Shown: positions 43,273-54,427, counted from the first letter of the stretch. The stretch: 64,000 nt of DNA from Prochlorococcus sp. AG-347-K10 (GCA_003278955.1 QCCB01000007.1:911-64910), one strand, 5' to 3'. Numbers and translations are program-made. Notes: generated by a model not told the origin, from the sequence alone.

Positions 43273-44038
43273 GTCTTTCAGAGTCTACCCATTCTTTTAA
43301 TTTATCTTTAAATAATTTCTTTCCTTGGATAATTGGTTGGCAAAATGGGGGTTGATCATCATTGAGTCCTAACAAATCTGCAGTAACTCTTACTTGCCCA
43401 TCGCAATAATTACCTGCGCCTATGCCTATTGTGGGAATTGTTAAAGAATTTTGTAATTCTTTAGCAAGCAAATCAGGAATATGTTCAAGAACTATTGAAA
43501 AACATCCTAATTCTTCAAGTATTGAAGCCTCTTTTTTAATTTTTTCTTGGCTTGCTAGGCTTTCGCCTTGTTTTCTTAATCCAATATTTAGATAGCTTTG
43601 TGGTGTAAGACCTATATGACCCATAACAGGGATTCCCATTCTTATTAATCTAGAAATAACTTTTTGTATTTCTGGTTCAGCTCCTTCCACTTTTACAGCT
43701 TTTGCATAAGTGCTTTGAATGATTTTCCCTGCATACTCAACAGCCTTATCTTCACCACATTGGTAAGTCAGAAAAGGCATATCTGAAACGACTAGAGGTT
43801 GTTCTTCAATTCTTTTCTTAAATCCTCTTGAAACAGCATTAGTATGATAAATTATATTTTCAAGAGTTATTGGCAATGTCGATTTGTATCCTAAGCAAAC
43901 CATTGCTAATGAATCTCCTACTAGTACGAGATCAACATTTGCTTGTTCTGCAATAGATCCTGATATGGAGTCCCAAGCAGTTAGTGCAATGATTTTGCGA
44001 GATTTTTTTTTATAATTAACTAGGTCTGAAGGTAACAT
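43265..44038 (-). CDS. panB: 3-methyl-2-oxobutanoate hydroxymethyltransferase
   Basis: LTAWD, LVGDSLAM, DMPF, GHIGLTPQ, IGIGAG..CDGQV motifs. Confidence 0.97.
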   Translation of the reverse strand: MLPSDLVNYKKKSRKIIALTAWDSISGSIAEQANVDLVLVGDSLAMVCLGYKSTLPITLENIIYHTNAVSRGFKKRIEEQPLVVSDMPFLTYQCGEDKAVEYAGKIIQSTYAKAVKVEGAEPEIQKVISRLIRMGIPVMGHIGLTPQSYLNIGLRKQGESLASQEKIKKEASILEELGCFSIVLEHIPDLLAKELQNSLTIPTIGIGAGNYCDGQVRVTADLLGLNDDQPPFCQPIIQGKKLFKDKLKEWVDSERLS

Positions 44039-44070
44039 AATAAATTTATGTATCTTTTTTAATCAAGAAT

Positions 44071-44079
44071 TGCTAATAT
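44071..44079 (+). promoter_or_regulatory. Extended -10 promoter of the SRP RNA
   Basis: TGCTAATAT about 6 nt upstream of the SRP RNA 5' end. Confidence 0.5.
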
Positions 44080-44084
44080 AATTC

Positions 44085-44180
44085 TGACTCGGCCTTTCGC
44101 GGTTTTAACGCCTAAACCTGGTCAGGACCGGAAGGTAGCAGCCACAAGGGATGCTTGAGGCAGGCGAGATAACCGAGTCA
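44085..44180 (+). ncRNA. ffs: Signal recognition particle RNA (4.5S)
   Basis: Domain IV GTCAGGACCGGAAGGTAGCAGC; ends pair (TGACTCGG/CCGAGTCA). Confidence 0.96.
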
Positions 44181-44194
44181 CTCTATTTTACCTT

Positions 44195-45310
44195 TTAACC
44201 TATATCTTTTTTATTTTGCCTTAATCTCAAAAACTCAGGAATACTGGCTCCTGATTCTTTATTGTCGGAATAATTATATAATGGTTGATTAGATAATCTG
44301 TTTTTTATTCTTTGCTGGTTTAATGGTTGGGTTGTTTCAAATCCTGTAGCAATTACAGTAACTTGTATCTCCCCTTCCATTACCTCATCGACCACTGCAC
44401 CAACAATAATATTCGCCTCTTGATCAACAACATCATAAATAATTTCAGATGCAGAGGTCATGTCCTCTAAAGTCATGTCTTTGCCTCCAGTAATATTTAT
44501 AACGCAGCCTTTAGCTCCATCAATTCTTGCTGCTTCTAATAAAGGACTATTCATTGCTGCCTGTGCTGCCTCTATAGCTCTCGATCTTCCAGAACCTATA
44601 CCTATTCCGAGAAGTGCAGTGCCAGCCTCAGTCATAACTGATCTAACGTCTGCAAAATCAACATTAACTAACCCCGGGCAAGTAATTATGTCACTAATGC
44701 CTTTGACTCCCATCCTTAGAACATCATCGGCATTCCTAAATGCTTCTTGAAGAGGGGCTCCTGCTATAACGTCTTTTAATCGGTCATTTGGAATAACTAT
44801 AAGAGTATCAACGTTTTCGGCTAGTCTTGCTATCCCCTCCTCTGCTTGACGCATTCTTCTTTTCCCTTCAAAAGAAAATGGTTTGGTTACTATACCCACT
44901 GTTAGAGCCCCACTTTGCTTGGCTACTTCTGCAACAACGGGAGCAGCACCTGTACCAGTTCCTCCACCCATTCCAGCGGCTATAAAAACTAGATCGGATC
45001 CTTCTAAAGCTTGTTGAAGCTCTTCCTTGGATTCTTCGGCTGCTTTTTGCCCAATACTTGGATTCCCACCAGCACCTAAACCTCTGGTGAGGTTTTGTCC
45101 AAGTTGAACTCTACTTTCTGCAGAAGATTGTAGTAGGGCTTGTGCATCGGTATTGAGGACTCTAAATGAAACACCTTCTAAATCACTATTTATCATTCTA
45201 TTGACTGCATTACTGCCACCACCACCTACACCAATAACTTCTATTTTGGCGTTTTGGCTTGGAAGGATTTCTCTCGATTGATCAAAGTTTGGATTGTTAC
45301 CGAAGCTCAT
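44195..45310 (-). CDS. ftsZ: Cell division protein FtsZ
   Basis: [18 protein letters not shown] tubulin signature, NVDFAD, C-terminal IPEFL. Confidence 0.99.
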   Translation of the reverse strand: MSFGNNPNFDQSREILPSQNAKIEVIGVGGGGSNAVNRMINSDLEGVSFRVLNTDAQALLQSSAESRVQLGQNLTRGLGAGGNPSIGQKAAEESKEELQQALEGSDLVFIAAGMGGGTGTGAAPVVAEVAKQSGALTVGIVTKPFSFEGKRRMRQAEEGIARLAENVDTLIVIPNDRLKDVIAGAPLQEAFRNADDVLRMGVKGISDIITCPGLVNVDFADVRSVMTEAGTALLGIGIGSGRSRAIEAAQAAMNSPLLEAARIDGAKGCVINITGGKDMTLEDMTSASEIIYDVVDQEANIIVGAVVDEVMEGEIQVTVIATGFETTQPLNQQRIKNRLSNQPLYNYSDNKESGASIPEFLRLRQNKKDIG

Positions 45311-45489
45311 CTCTTAATAGGAATCTTTTACTAGTATTGGGTGCATTATGAACTTACTGCGCTCATATGTAGGAATTTGTTGAGGAAAATCCTAAAAATA
45401 TTTATTTATTAAATATTTTGTTTTGAATGCAAAACCCATATCAACACTACAATAATTAAAAAAAATTACTCAAAATCCTTTTTTAAATA

Positions 45490-46215
45490 TTAGGGTTTGA
45501 ACACTTTTATTTTTGGTTTATCTGGATTAGTAAGATCAATATTATCTATTTTTTTTGAAAAGCTATTTTTCTTAAATTCATTTTTAAGATAATTGATTTT
45601 TTGAAATTGATTGTTGATTAAATTTGGCTTAAACCCTAAGAATATTGTTTTTAAATCTTTTTCCTCAACCGTTAGAAACCCATCGGATGAGAAAGTTATT
45701 TTAACTATCTCTAATTCATAATTATCTATAGCAATAAAAATTTCAGATAATATTTTTTTAAATTTTTCTTTCCACCCAAAAACTTTTATGGTTAATTTAT
45801 TCAAATTTTTTTCATCTAAATTTTGTTTATGTATAAAAATTCCATCTTTATCAATGAAGCCTAATATTTTTTCATTGTTTAATATTCTCTCACCGTAGGC
45901 TATTGGAGTTCTTGAATTAATGTGAACTTTCAAACCAAAAGGAAATAGCTCTCTGTTTACCGAAACATTCTTGAGAGATAAATTTTGTTTTAACTCTTTT
46001 TCTAGCAAATTAGTTTCAACAAAAATTAATCGGATCGGAAAATTTAAAGATGAATTTTTTTTCACATCATCCTGCGAAAATAATTCACTACCAGAAATCC
46101 TAATGTCCTGAAGTTCAACTTTCTTGAGAGTTTTTATGCTTAATAAGCTTGTTAAAAATAAAAATGAAATTAGAAAAAAAAAGCTTCTATTTTTGATTCC
46201 TTTATGGTTTTTCAC
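45490..46215 (-). CDS. ftsQ: Cell division protein FtsQ/DivIB
   Basis: N-terminal TM, POTRA (V.RELFP), IDL..P C-terminus; located between ddl and ftsZ. Confidence 0.85.
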   Translation of the reverse strand: MKNHKGIKNRSFFFLISFLFLTSLLSIKTLKKVELQDIRISGSELFSQDDVKKNSSLNFPIRLIFVETNLLEKELKQNLSLKNVSVNRELFPFGLKVHINSRTPIAYGERILNNEKILGFIDKDGIFIHKQNLDEKNLNKLTIKVFGWKEKFKKILSEIFIAIDNYELEIVKITFSSDGFLTVEEKDLKTIFLGFKPNLINNQFQKINYLKNEFKKNSFSKKIDNIDLTNPDKPKIKVFKP

Positions 46216-46622
46216 AAATCACATCGAGCTTTTTCCATCAGTTGGTCCATCCATTCTCTCGCTTGCTCTGCATCTGAAAATGGCACATCCATCTCTTTCC
46301 CATCTCCTACTAATCTCAACCTGCACTTACCTTGAGATTCACTTGTCAGAGGAGCTTCTCCTGAGGTTAGTGCCATTAATTCAACTAATTCAAGTTTCTT
46401 GATTGTAAAACAATCTTTTTCTTCAAATTTACCAGCCTCAAATGCGCTCCACTTTAACTCCCCATCTTTTAAGGACGCTGCACCTGAACTATCTAACTTG
46501 CACAGTTCAGAATCACTCGCCCAACTTCTAAAAAGATTTTGCCTTCTTCTTTCTAACCATCCAAGTGCAGTTAATAAAATGAAGATTAAAAGTAATGGTA
46601 ACCAAAGTAGTCCATGCAACAT
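46212..46622 (-). CDS. Conserved hypothetical membrane-anchored protein
   Basis: 136 aa, N-terminal TM (GLLWLPLL...GWLE); overlaps the ftsQ start. Confidence 0.8.
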   Translation of the reverse strand: MLHGLLWLPLLLIFILLTALGWLERRRQNLFRSWASDSELCKLDSSGAASLKDGELKWSAFEAGKFEEKDCFTIKKLELVELMALTSGEAPLTSESQGKCRLRLVGDGKEMDVPFSDAEQAREWMDQLMEKARCDL

Positions 46623-46632
46623 TTGATTTAAA

Positions 46633-47700
46633 TTACAAATCTAAAGATATATCTACCAGTTTAGCCACAAGTTGTTCAATTTTTAAACCTGAAGCTTCCC
46701 AAAGCATTGGAAACATACTGTTTTTTGTAAAACCAGGAATTGTATTTATTTCATTTAGCAAAATTTTATTTGAAGATTTTTCTAAAAAGAAATCTACTCT
46801 TGCAAAACCGAAAATATTTAGTGCTCTACAACTTTTAATAGCAATGTCTTTAATTTCTTTAGTGATTTTAGAATCTATTTCGGCTGGGATAATTATTTTA
46901 TTATTTGAGTTATATTTTGAATCGTAATCATACCAATCACTTTCGTAATTTACCTCGCCTATTTGAGAGATTAAGAGGTCTGAATGCCCAATTATTCCGC
47001 ATTCAATCTCCCTGACCTCTAAACCTTCCTCTATTAAAATTCTTGGATCTATTCCCTGAGCCTTTTCTAATGCTTGTGATATTTCTGATTCATTTATGAC
47101 TTTAGAGATGCCAAGAGATGACCCAGAGTTCGAAGGTTTAACAAAAACAGGAAAATTTAATTTTTTTAAAATTTTATTAATTATTTTATTTTTTACTTCC
47201 TTATCGTTGAGATCTTCGTTTTGAAAAACTAGATAATTAACTTGTGGAAGTTTAAGATTTGAGAAAATTGTTTTCATCAATATTTTATCCATTCCAAGTG
47301 CAGAGCCAATAATTCCACATCCGACTAAAGGTTTCTTTGTAAATCTAAGTAAGCCATGAATTGATCCGTCTTCACCATTAAATCCATGTAAAAGGGGAAA
47401 CCAAACATCAACATTCTGAAATTCAATTCCTTCAAGGAAATTAATTTTTTCGTGATTAAAAATTTCTTGTTTAATTGTTTTATTGTTTTCAATTTCATCA
47501 ATTAGGATTTTTTCTGAACTATCACTATCAAGCCAATTTCCATATTTGTTTATGTAAAAGGTTTTAACTGTAAAGCGTTCTTTGTTTATTTCTGAATTAA
47601 ATGCTTCATAAACTGTTTTCGCAGATGATATGGATACTTCATGTTCATTGGAATTACCGCCAAATATTAAGCCAATACATTTTTTCTTACCCCCGATCAT
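46633..47700 (-). CDS. ddl: D-alanine--D-alanine ligase
   Basis: GGNSNEHEVS, LHGFNGEDG, GSSLG, NEINTIPGFT motifs. Confidence 0.97.
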   Translation of the reverse strand: MIGGKKKCIGLIFGGNSNEHEVSISSAKTVYEAFNSEINKERFTVKTFYINKYGNWLDSDSSEKILIDEIENNKTIKQEIFNHEKINFLEGIEFQNVDVWFPLLHGFNGEDGSIHGLLRFTKKPLVGCGIIGSALGMDKILMKTIFSNLKLPQVNYLVFQNEDLNDKEVKNKIINKILKKLNFPVFVKPSNSGSSLGISKVINESEISQALEKAQGIDPRILIEEGLEVREIECGIIGHSDLLISQIGEVNYESDWYDYDSKYNSNNKIIIPAEIDSKITKEIKDIAIKSCRALNIFGFARVDFFLEKSSNKILLNEINTIPGFTKNSMFPMLWEASGLKIEQLVAKLVDISLDL

Positions 47701-47711
47701 TTAGAAAAAAA

Positions 47712-49106
47712 TCATAAATAAAGTTGGCCTGTTAAAGAAAAAGGTCTAGCTTCATTTATTTTGACATCTATCTCATCTCCCAATGAAAAATTAAAGTTAA
47801 TGTTTTTGGGAATCTCTACAAAAGTTAATCTATTTGTTCTAGTTCTACCCATAATTTGCGAGGAATTCTTTGGATTTAAACCCTCAATTAAAACGCTTTC
47901 GATATTATTGATATATCTTTGATTTCTACTCCTTGCAGTTTTCTCAACCAAATCATTGATTTCTTGCAATCTAGCTTTTTTTACCTCCTCAGAAAGTTGA
48001 TTTGACCAAACTGCTGCAGGCGTATTTGGTCTTGGAGAGTATGCTGCTGTATTCACTTGATCAAAGCCAATTTCTGATATTAGCTTTAATGTATCTTGAT
48101 ATTGTTGCTCGGTTTCTCCTGGGAAAGCAACTATTGCGTCTGCAGTGATTGATGCATCTGGCATTAATGACCTAATATTCTCAATAATATTTTTATACTT
48201 TTTAATAGAATATCCCCTTGACATTTGTTTTAAGATTTCATCATTTCCACTTTGGAAGGGAATATGGAAATGTTCACAGACTTTATCAAGTTCATAACAA
48301 GCATGAATCAACCTTTTTGAAAAATATCTTGGATGACTAGTAGCAAATCTTATCCTGTGAATTCCTTTAACATCATGAATATAATATAAGAGATCAGTTA
48401 GTGTATTCTCTTTTCTCCCCTCTTTTGTAGTTCCTGGAAGGTCTCTACCATAAGCATCAATGTTCTGACCCAAAAGAGTAATTTCTTTAAAATTATCATC
48501 AGCTAATTTTTGGATCTCATTTTTTATCGCATTTGGATATCTTGATTGCTCTTTTCCTCTTACATAGGGGACTACACAATATGAGCATCTTTCATTACAT
48601 CCATAAATGATATTCACCCAGCCACAAATAGAGCTTTCTCTTCTGGCACTTGTTATATCTTCAGAAATGAAGGTTTCTTCTGTGGCAGCAACTTGATTTC
48701 CTAAATCAACTTTCCCCAGAAGATTTTCAAGATTATTTACGTGTTGGGGTCCCATAACCAGATCAAGTTCTGGGACTCTTCTTAATAAGGACTCTCCTTC
48801 TTGCTGCGCAAGACAACCTGCAACAACAAGTTTTAAGTTAGGTGTTTTGTGCTTTCTTTTTGCTTGTCTTCCTAGAAAGCTATAAACTTTTTGCTCCGCA
48901 TTATCTCTGATTGTGCAAGTATTGTACAAGACTAAATCGGCATTTAATTCATTATCTGCTCTGGTATATCCCATCTTTTCTAGTGTCCCAGCCATTCTCT
49001 CAGAATCAGCCTTGTTCATTTGGCATCCAAATGTGGTTATCCAATAACTGCCAGTAGTTGAATTCTTTTGAGTTTTTTTTTCGTCTGATTTTGTTTTTGT
49101 TAGCAC
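47712..49106 (-). CDS. miaB: tRNA methylthiotransferase MiaB
   Basis: [34 protein letters not shown] radical SAM motif; TRAM domain. Confidence 0.96.
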   Translation of the reverse strand: MLTKTKSDEKKTQKNSTTGSYWITTFGCQMNKADSERMAGTLEKMGYTRADNELNADLVLYNTCTIRDNAEQKVYSFLGRQAKRKHKTPNLKLVVAGCLAQQEGESLLRRVPELDLVMGPQHVNNLENLLGKVDLGNQVAATEETFISEDITSARRESSICGWVNIIYGCNERCSYCVVPYVRGKEQSRYPNAIKNEIQKLADDNFKEITLLGQNIDAYGRDLPGTTKEGRKENTLTDLLYYIHDVKGIHRIRFATSHPRYFSKRLIHACYELDKVCEHFHIPFQSGNDEILKQMSRGYSIKKYKNIIENIRSLMPDASITADAIVAFPGETEQQYQDTLKLISEIGFDQVNTAAYSPRPNTPAAVWSNQLSEEVKKARLQEINDLVEKTARSRNQRYINNIESVLIEGLNPKNSSQIMGRTRTNRLTFVEIPKNINFNFSLGDEIDVKINEARPFSLTGQLYL

Positions 49107-49178
49107 TTTGCTAGGAATTTTTTATGATTCTTTAATTCAAAATTACAAGTTAAATAATTTTGCTGCAATATTTTTGAG

Positions 49179-49252
49179 GGCGAGCGAGGGGATTCGAACC
49201 CCCGAATAGCGGCGCCACAAGCCGCTGCCTTAACCACTTGGCGACGCCCGCC
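49179..49252 (-). tRNA. tRNA-His(GTG)
   Basis: Reverse complement (G)GCGGGCGTCGCCAAGTGGTTAAGGCAGCGGCTT-GTG-GCGCCGC...GGTTCGAATCCCCTCGCTCGCC; encoded G-1 and C73. Confidence 0.96.
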
Positions 49253-49378
49253 TCACATTTATAAATTTAACAAGTCGAGGGTAATTTTTCATAGTTATTT
49301 TTATCTTTTAGCGAAATTTTAATTTTTTCTAATTCAGTAAAGTTTCTTATGATTTAAAATAAAAGAAAATTTAAAAAT

Positions 49379-50611
49379 TTGAGTAATTCCGGCACAGCTG
49401 AGGTTCTTATTCCCAGAAGCCTTTGTTCAATAGAAGATATAGATAATCTCATTATCGATGTAGAAGATTTATGTTCAGTTTCCATTAGTTGGGAGGATGG
49501 ATTTGTCTCAGAGTTAAAACCTCTAGAAAATAAAGTTACAAAACCAAAAAATATTTTATTCCCAAGATTTGTTGAAACTCATTCGCATTTAGATAAATCA
49601 TTTATATGGGCAGACTTTCCTAATCTGGAATCAAACTATGGAGGAGCATTATCAGTAAATCTTGAAGAACATAAAACTAGAACTACAGATAAGGTTCTCG
49701 AAAGAGTTGAGAAATCATTAAAACTTGCCATACAAAATGGATACCGAGCTATTAGAAGTCATATTGATACATACAAAAGTCAATCTATTGATATTTGGAT
49801 TGAACTTTTTAAATTACAAAAAAAATTTTCATCTGAGTTGACTTTACAATTCGTTGCTCTAGCTCCATTGGAATATTGGGATACTTCTGATGGAGAAGAG
49901 TTGGCAAAAATATTTTCCTCTAATGGAGGCATTTTGGGAGGTGTTATTGTACCCCCATTCAACAAAAAAAATACAAGCAAATTTCTCGCCAAGATGCTTC
50001 ATCTTGCCAGTAAATATAAATTAGAAATTGATTTGCATATAGATGAGTCAATTATTGAGCCTGGAGCAGGAATAAAAGTTTTATTAGAAACAATCGAAAA
50101 TTCAAAAATTAATAGTATTCCGATCACTTGTAGTCATTTAAGTAGTCTTATTTCTCTAAGTCATAGAGAGATTTTAAATTTAGGAGAAAAAATGGCTGAG
50201 AAAAATATTAAGGTTATTGCTTTACCCCTAACAAATTTTTGGCTGCTCAATCGAAGTAATAAAACTACGTCATTTAAAAGACCAGTTGCTCCAATAAAGC
50301 AACTACAAAAATCACATGTGGATGTATCTATGGGTAGTGATAATGTTCAAGACCCTTGGTACCCATTTGGTAATTTTGATCCCTTTTATATGTTGTCTTG
50401 CTCGATACCTATGCTTCAACTAAATCCCTGGGAGAGAATGACTCTATCTTCTATTTTTTTAGCTCCAAGCAGATTATTAAACTTAAAATGGGATGGTTTA
50501 ATTAAAAAGGGCTGCCCGGCTGATTTTGTGATTTTAGATGCACAAAGATGGGCAGATGTTTTTTCGAGTTCCTTAAAGAGAAAAGTGTTTATAAAAGGCG
50601 ATTTATATTGA
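49379..50611 (+). CDS. Cytosine-deaminase-like amidohydrolase (CodA / pterin deaminase family)
   Basis: HSHLDK, RSHID, DLHIDE, CSH, GSDNVQDPWYPFG motifs. Confidence 0.88.
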   Translation: MSNSGTAEVLIPRSLCSIEDIDNLIIDVEDLCSVSISWEDGFVSELKPLENKVTKPKNILFPRFVETHSHLDKSFIWADFPNLESNYGGALSVNLEEHKTRTTDKVLERVEKSLKLAIQNGYRAIRSHIDTYKSQSIDIWIELFKLQKKFSSELTLQFVALAPLEYWDTSDGEELAKIFSSNGGILGGVIVPPFNKKNTSKFLAKMLHLASKYKLEIDLHIDESIIEPGAGIKVLLETIENSKINSIPITCSHLSSLISLSHREILNLGEKMAEKNIKVIALPLTNFWLLNRSNKTTSFKRPVAPIKQLQKSHVDVSMGSDNVQDPWYPFGNFDPFYMLSCSIPMLQLNPWERMTLSSIFLAPSRLLNLKWDGLIKKGCPADFVILDAQRWADVFSSSLKRKVFIKGDLY

Positions 50612-50650
50612 TAATCGGCTAATTTATATAAAACAATAATAATTGAATTA

Positions 50651-52006
50651 ATGACATCAAATACTCTTAAATCTATAGACAAATTTAGGGAAGTTAACAA
50701 CTTAGAGATTATTGAAAGCAAATCTGACATAAAAAGGCTTTCAAAAGATTTTTATAACTACTCTCCAATCCTTACTGAAAAATTAGACGAATGTATTGCT
50801 GATTTGGTGGTAAGACCTAGTGATCACAAAGCAGTAAAGGAAGTGGCAGAAATTTGTTGGGAATTTTCTATCCCACTTACTTTAAGGGGTTCAGGTACAG
50901 GTAATTATGGACAAGCTGTCCCATTGTTTAAAGGAGTTGTAATGCAGATGAGTCACTTTAATAAGTTAGAAGAATTTGATCCAGATACAGGTTTTGTAAA
51001 AGTACAGTCTGGCTGTGTTATGGGAGATTTGAACAAACAATTAGAGAAATATGGGAGGGAATTGAGGTTACTTCCTAGTACTTGGAAAACTGCAACTATT
51101 GGAGGTTTTATTGCAGGTGGATCAGGAGGTATTGGTTCAATTAGGTGGGGATTTTTAAGAGATCCAGGAAATCTTATTGGCTTAGAGGCAGTAACGATGA
51201 ATGAAAAACCTGAATTATTAAAATTTGATGCTGAAGAATCCGAACCTCTAAATCATGCTTATGGGACTAATGGAATAATTACTTCTTTACTACTTGCTAC
51301 TGATATCAAACGTAAGTGGTATTCAATTGTTATCGACTGTATTGAATTTGAAAAAACAATAGAAATATTAAAAACTCTCACCAGCGCAGCAATTGATCTG
51401 AAACTAGGAGCAATTCTTGAAGAAGAAATTGTAGATCAAATGCCAAAATGGTTTAAAAATAATGCAAGAAGTCACAAGATATTAATTCAATCTACTTTTG
51501 GAGGAACAAAAACGATTGAGTTGATTTGCAAAAAATTCAAAGTTGAATTTACCCTCCTTGGGGAAGAAGAAAAACTCGTTAATGGAATTTCTGAAGTCGT
51601 ATGGAATCATACAACTCTTCATATGAGGTCTAAAGATAAAAATTGGACTTATTTACAGATGCTTTTGCCACTTAATAGTGAACTAGAGTTAATTAATTTT
51701 CTGAGGAAAAAATGGGGCAGAAAAGTTCTTTGGCATTTAGAGGCAGTTTCTCAACAAGGATCACCGCGATTAGCGGCTTTGCCTGTATTAAGGTGGAATG
51801 GGATAGATGAATTAAATGAAATAATGGAAGATTGTAAGAAACTTGGGGCGTTTATTTTTAATCCCCATGTTTTAACTGTCGAAGGTGGAGGCCTAGGAGT
51901 GGTTGACGCAGATCAAGTAAAAGCGAAATTAAAATTTGATCCTAAAGGGCTATTAAATCCTGGAAAATTGGAAGGTTGGGAAGTAAAGGAACAATTTAAT
52001 ATTTAA
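50651..52006 (+). CDS. FAD-binding oxidoreductase (VAO/GlcD-like)
   Basis: RGSGTGNYGQ, TIGGFIAGGSGG, C-terminal DPKGLLNPGK. Confidence 0.9.
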   Translation: MTSNTLKSIDKFREVNNLEIIESKSDIKRLSKDFYNYSPILTEKLDECIADLVVRPSDHKAVKEVAEICWEFSIPLTLRGSGTGNYGQAVPLFKGVVMQMSHFNKLEEFDPDTGFVKVQSGCVMGDLNKQLEKYGRELRLLPSTWKTATIGGFIAGGSGGIGSIRWGFLRDPGNLIGLEAVTMNEKPELLKFDAEESEPLNHAYGTNGIITSLLLATDIKRKWYSIVIDCIEFEKTIEILKTLTSAAIDLKLGAILEEEIVDQMPKWFKNNARSHKILIQSTFGGTKTIELICKKFKVEFTLLGEEEKLVNGISEVVWNHTTLHMRSKDKNWTYLQMLLPLNSELELINFLRKKWGRKVLWHLEAVSQQGSPRLAALPVLRWNGIDELNEIMEDCKKLGAFIFNPHVLTVEGGGLGVVDADQVKAKLKFDPKGLLNPGKLEGWEVKEQFNI

Positions 52007-53235
52007 CATTTCTGTTTATTTGTAAATTTAATAAATTCAGCAACTAAAAAAATAGAACCCGTTAGGACAGGATGATTAGGTGGCCATTTTTCTAGGGAAA
52101 ATAAATAATCAATGGCAAGTTCAAATGTTTTAAATTCAATTATTTTTTGAAGGTCAATTTCTTTAATCTGAGAAAGATCTTTTAATTGCCAACTAGGTTG
52201 GTTTGGAACTGGCACAAGTAATAAGTGATCATTTTTCTTTAGAAGCGTTTTTAATATTGCGTAAAAATCTTTTTGTCTTTGGACACCTAAAATCCAATAA
52301 ATTCCTTTATCTTCATTCTCCCAATTGCTTCGTTCATAAGAGAGTGCTTTTGCAGCAGGATAATTATGCGCACAATCCACAAGAATTTCTTTGTTCAAAA
52401 AATTTATTATTTCTAGCCTTCCCTTCCAAGCTGTCTTTTTAAGACCTTCAGATATGTGTTTTTCTTTTATATTAAATCCTAAATTATTCAGCGCTTCAAT
52501 TGCTCCAACAGCTACTGAAGCATTTTGCTTTTGAAAAATTCCTTTTAATCCAAGCTCATGGCTGTTTGAAATTGAATCTTTCCAAATAATTTCTGCTCCT
52601 ACCTCTTTAACTTTTTTGGTTATTAAATTTTCAACTTGACTATTTTGATTGCATGAGATGACAATTGAGTTTTTTTCAATAACTGCTAATTTTTCTTCGG
52701 CAATTTTTTCAATCGTATCTCCAAGAAAATCTTTATGGTCTAAGCCAATATTCCCAATAGCAATGATTGGTCTAGATCTATGTGCTGTTGTCGCGTCCAA
52801 TCGTCCCCCTAAGCCAGCTTCAAGAATGAGTAATTCAACTTTTTTATGGTCAAAAAAATTTAGTGCGCAGCAAATGATTTTTTCAAAAGGAGTTAATTCA
52901 AATGTTGAAAATTTTTTTTCTATTATTCTATAGATTTTTTCAAAATCAGTTTTATTAATATTTTTTTTATTAACTCTAATCCTCTCACATATATCCAAAA
53001 GATGAGGAGATGTCGTTACACCGAAATTCCTTTTAGCTTCAAAAAGTATACTTTCTAAATATGCCGCGATTGATCCTTTCCCATTGGTTCCAATAATCTG
53101 TATCGCAGGGATATTCTTGCAAGGATTACCAAGTTCTTGAAGTGCTTTTTTAATTCTTGATAAACCTAACTTGATATTATCCCTTTCATATTTAGGAGAT
53201 AATAATTCAAAAGTTTTTAAATTTGCATTTTTCAA
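52003..53235 (-). CDS. folC: Folylpolyglutamate synthase / dihydrofolate synthase
   Basis: GTNGKGS, TSPHL, EAGLGGRLDAT, WKGRLE, DCAHN motifs. Confidence 0.96.
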   Translation of the reverse strand: MKNANLKTFELLSPKYERDNIKLGLSRIKKALQELGNPCKNIPAIQIIGTNGKGSIAAYLESILFEAKRNFGVTTSPHLLDICERIRVNKKNINKTDFEKIYRIIEKKFSTFELTPFEKIICCALNFFDHKKVELLILEAGLGGRLDATTAHRSRPIIAIGNIGLDHKDFLGDTIEKIAEEKLAVIEKNSIVISCNQNSQVENLITKKVKEVGAEIIWKDSISNSHELGLKGIFQKQNASVAVGAIEALNNLGFNIKEKHISEGLKKTAWKGRLEIINFLNKEILVDCAHNYPAAKALSYERSNWENEDKGIYWILGVQRQKDFYAILKTLLKKNDHLLLVPVPNQPSWQLKDLSQIKEIDLQKIIEFKTFELAIDYLFSLEKWPPNHPVLTGSIFLVAEFIKFTNKQKC

Positions 53236-53246
53236 AATTTAAATTG

Positions 53247-54422
53247 CTATAACTCTTCAAAAATTGAATTTAGCTTATCCAAAAGAATATTAATTTCTCT
53301 TCTAGAAATAACTAATGGTGGGACAATTCTTACAACATTTCCTCCTGCAGGAACTACCAGTAATCCTTTATCAAAAGCTTTTAATGTAATTGTTTTTGCA
53401 TTAGCATAATCATCATTGATCACAAGACCTTGTATTAAACCTAAACCTCTTTTCCCGCTAATAATATTTGGAAATTTTTTTGACAATTCTTCAAACCCAG
53501 CACTTAATTGTTCCCCTCTTAGATAAACATTATTGATAATATTTCTTCTATTTATTTCTTCTAATACAGTTAGGGCAGCTTTACAAGCGAATGGGTTCCC
53601 TCCAAAAGTGCTTGCATGATCACCCGGAGAAAAAATGTTGGCTTTTTCTTTTACCAATAATGCTCCAATTGCATGACCTCCTCCTAATCCTTTGGCAAGG
53701 GTGAATCCATCAGGTTCAATTCCTAAATTCTCATAACCCCACATTTTCCCAGTTCGACCTACTCCACTTTGGACCTCATCTAAAATGAGAAGAGAATTAT
53801 ATTTATCACATATTTCTCTCAGGCTTTTAAAAAATATTTTACATCCAGGAATTACGCCGCCTTCGCCTTGTATTGGTTCAACTAAAACTCCGGAAATTTT
53901 TTGATCATTATTTTCACACTCTTTAAATAATTTTTTCACCGAATCAAAATTGTTAAATTTAAAAAATTTGAACCCTTCAATCATTGGTTCGAAACCTTTT
54001 TGATATTTTGGTTGTCCAGTGGCACTCAAGGCTGCAAGCGTCCTTCCATGAAAGCTGGATTCTGCTGCGAGAATTATTGATTTTTTACCTTTATTTGTTT
54101 TATTTCCATATTTTTTAATTAATTTAATTGCTGATTCATTTGCTTCTGCACCACTGTTGCAGAAGAAGACGCTTTTAGCACAACTTATATTCGTTAAAGT
54201 TCTGCTTAATTGTTCTTGTTCTTCAATGTTATAGAGATTAGAAATGTGCTGAATCTTTTTTAGTTGAGTTGATAACCTTTTTCTTAAAACTCTGTCGCTA
54301 TGTCCAAGACTACAAGTTGCTATACCAGCGACTGCATCAAGATACCTTTTACCTGTTTTGTCCCATAGCCAACAACCTTTTCCTTTTTTGAAAGATATAT
54401 CGAATCGACTATAAGTATTCAT
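53247..54422 (-). CDS. argD: Acetylornithine aminotransferase
   Basis: NSGAEANE, FHGRT, EPIQGEGG, DEVQSG, TLAKGLGGG, HASTFGGNP; start placed at ATG 54422 (MNTYSRF) because the longer ORF begins inside tRNA-Leu. Confidence 0.93.
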   Translation of the reverse strand: MNTYSRFDISFKKGKGCWLWDKTGKRYLDAVAGIATCSLGHSDRVLRKRLSTQLKKIQHISNLYNIEEQEQLSRTLTNISCAKSVFFCNSGAEANESAIKLIKKYGNKTNKGKKSIILAAESSFHGRTLAALSATGQPKYQKGFEPMIEGFKFFKFNNFDSVKKLFKECENNDQKISGVLVEPIQGEGGVIPGCKIFFKSLREICDKYNSLLILDEVQSGVGRTGKMWGYENLGIEPDGFTLAKGLGGGHAIGALLVKEKANIFSPGDHASTFGGNPFACKAALTVLEEINRRNIINNVYLRGEQLSAGFEELSKKFPNIISGKRGLGLIQGLVINDDYANAKTITLKAFDKGLLVVPAGGNVVRIVPPLVISRREINILLDKLNSIFEEL

Positions 54423-54427
54423 TAAAG

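Noticed and set aside
45311-45489. Possible LexA box or sRNA upstream of ftsZ
   Set aside because: No match to the cyanobacterial RGTAC-N3-DGTWCB consensus and no convincing hairpin or terminator
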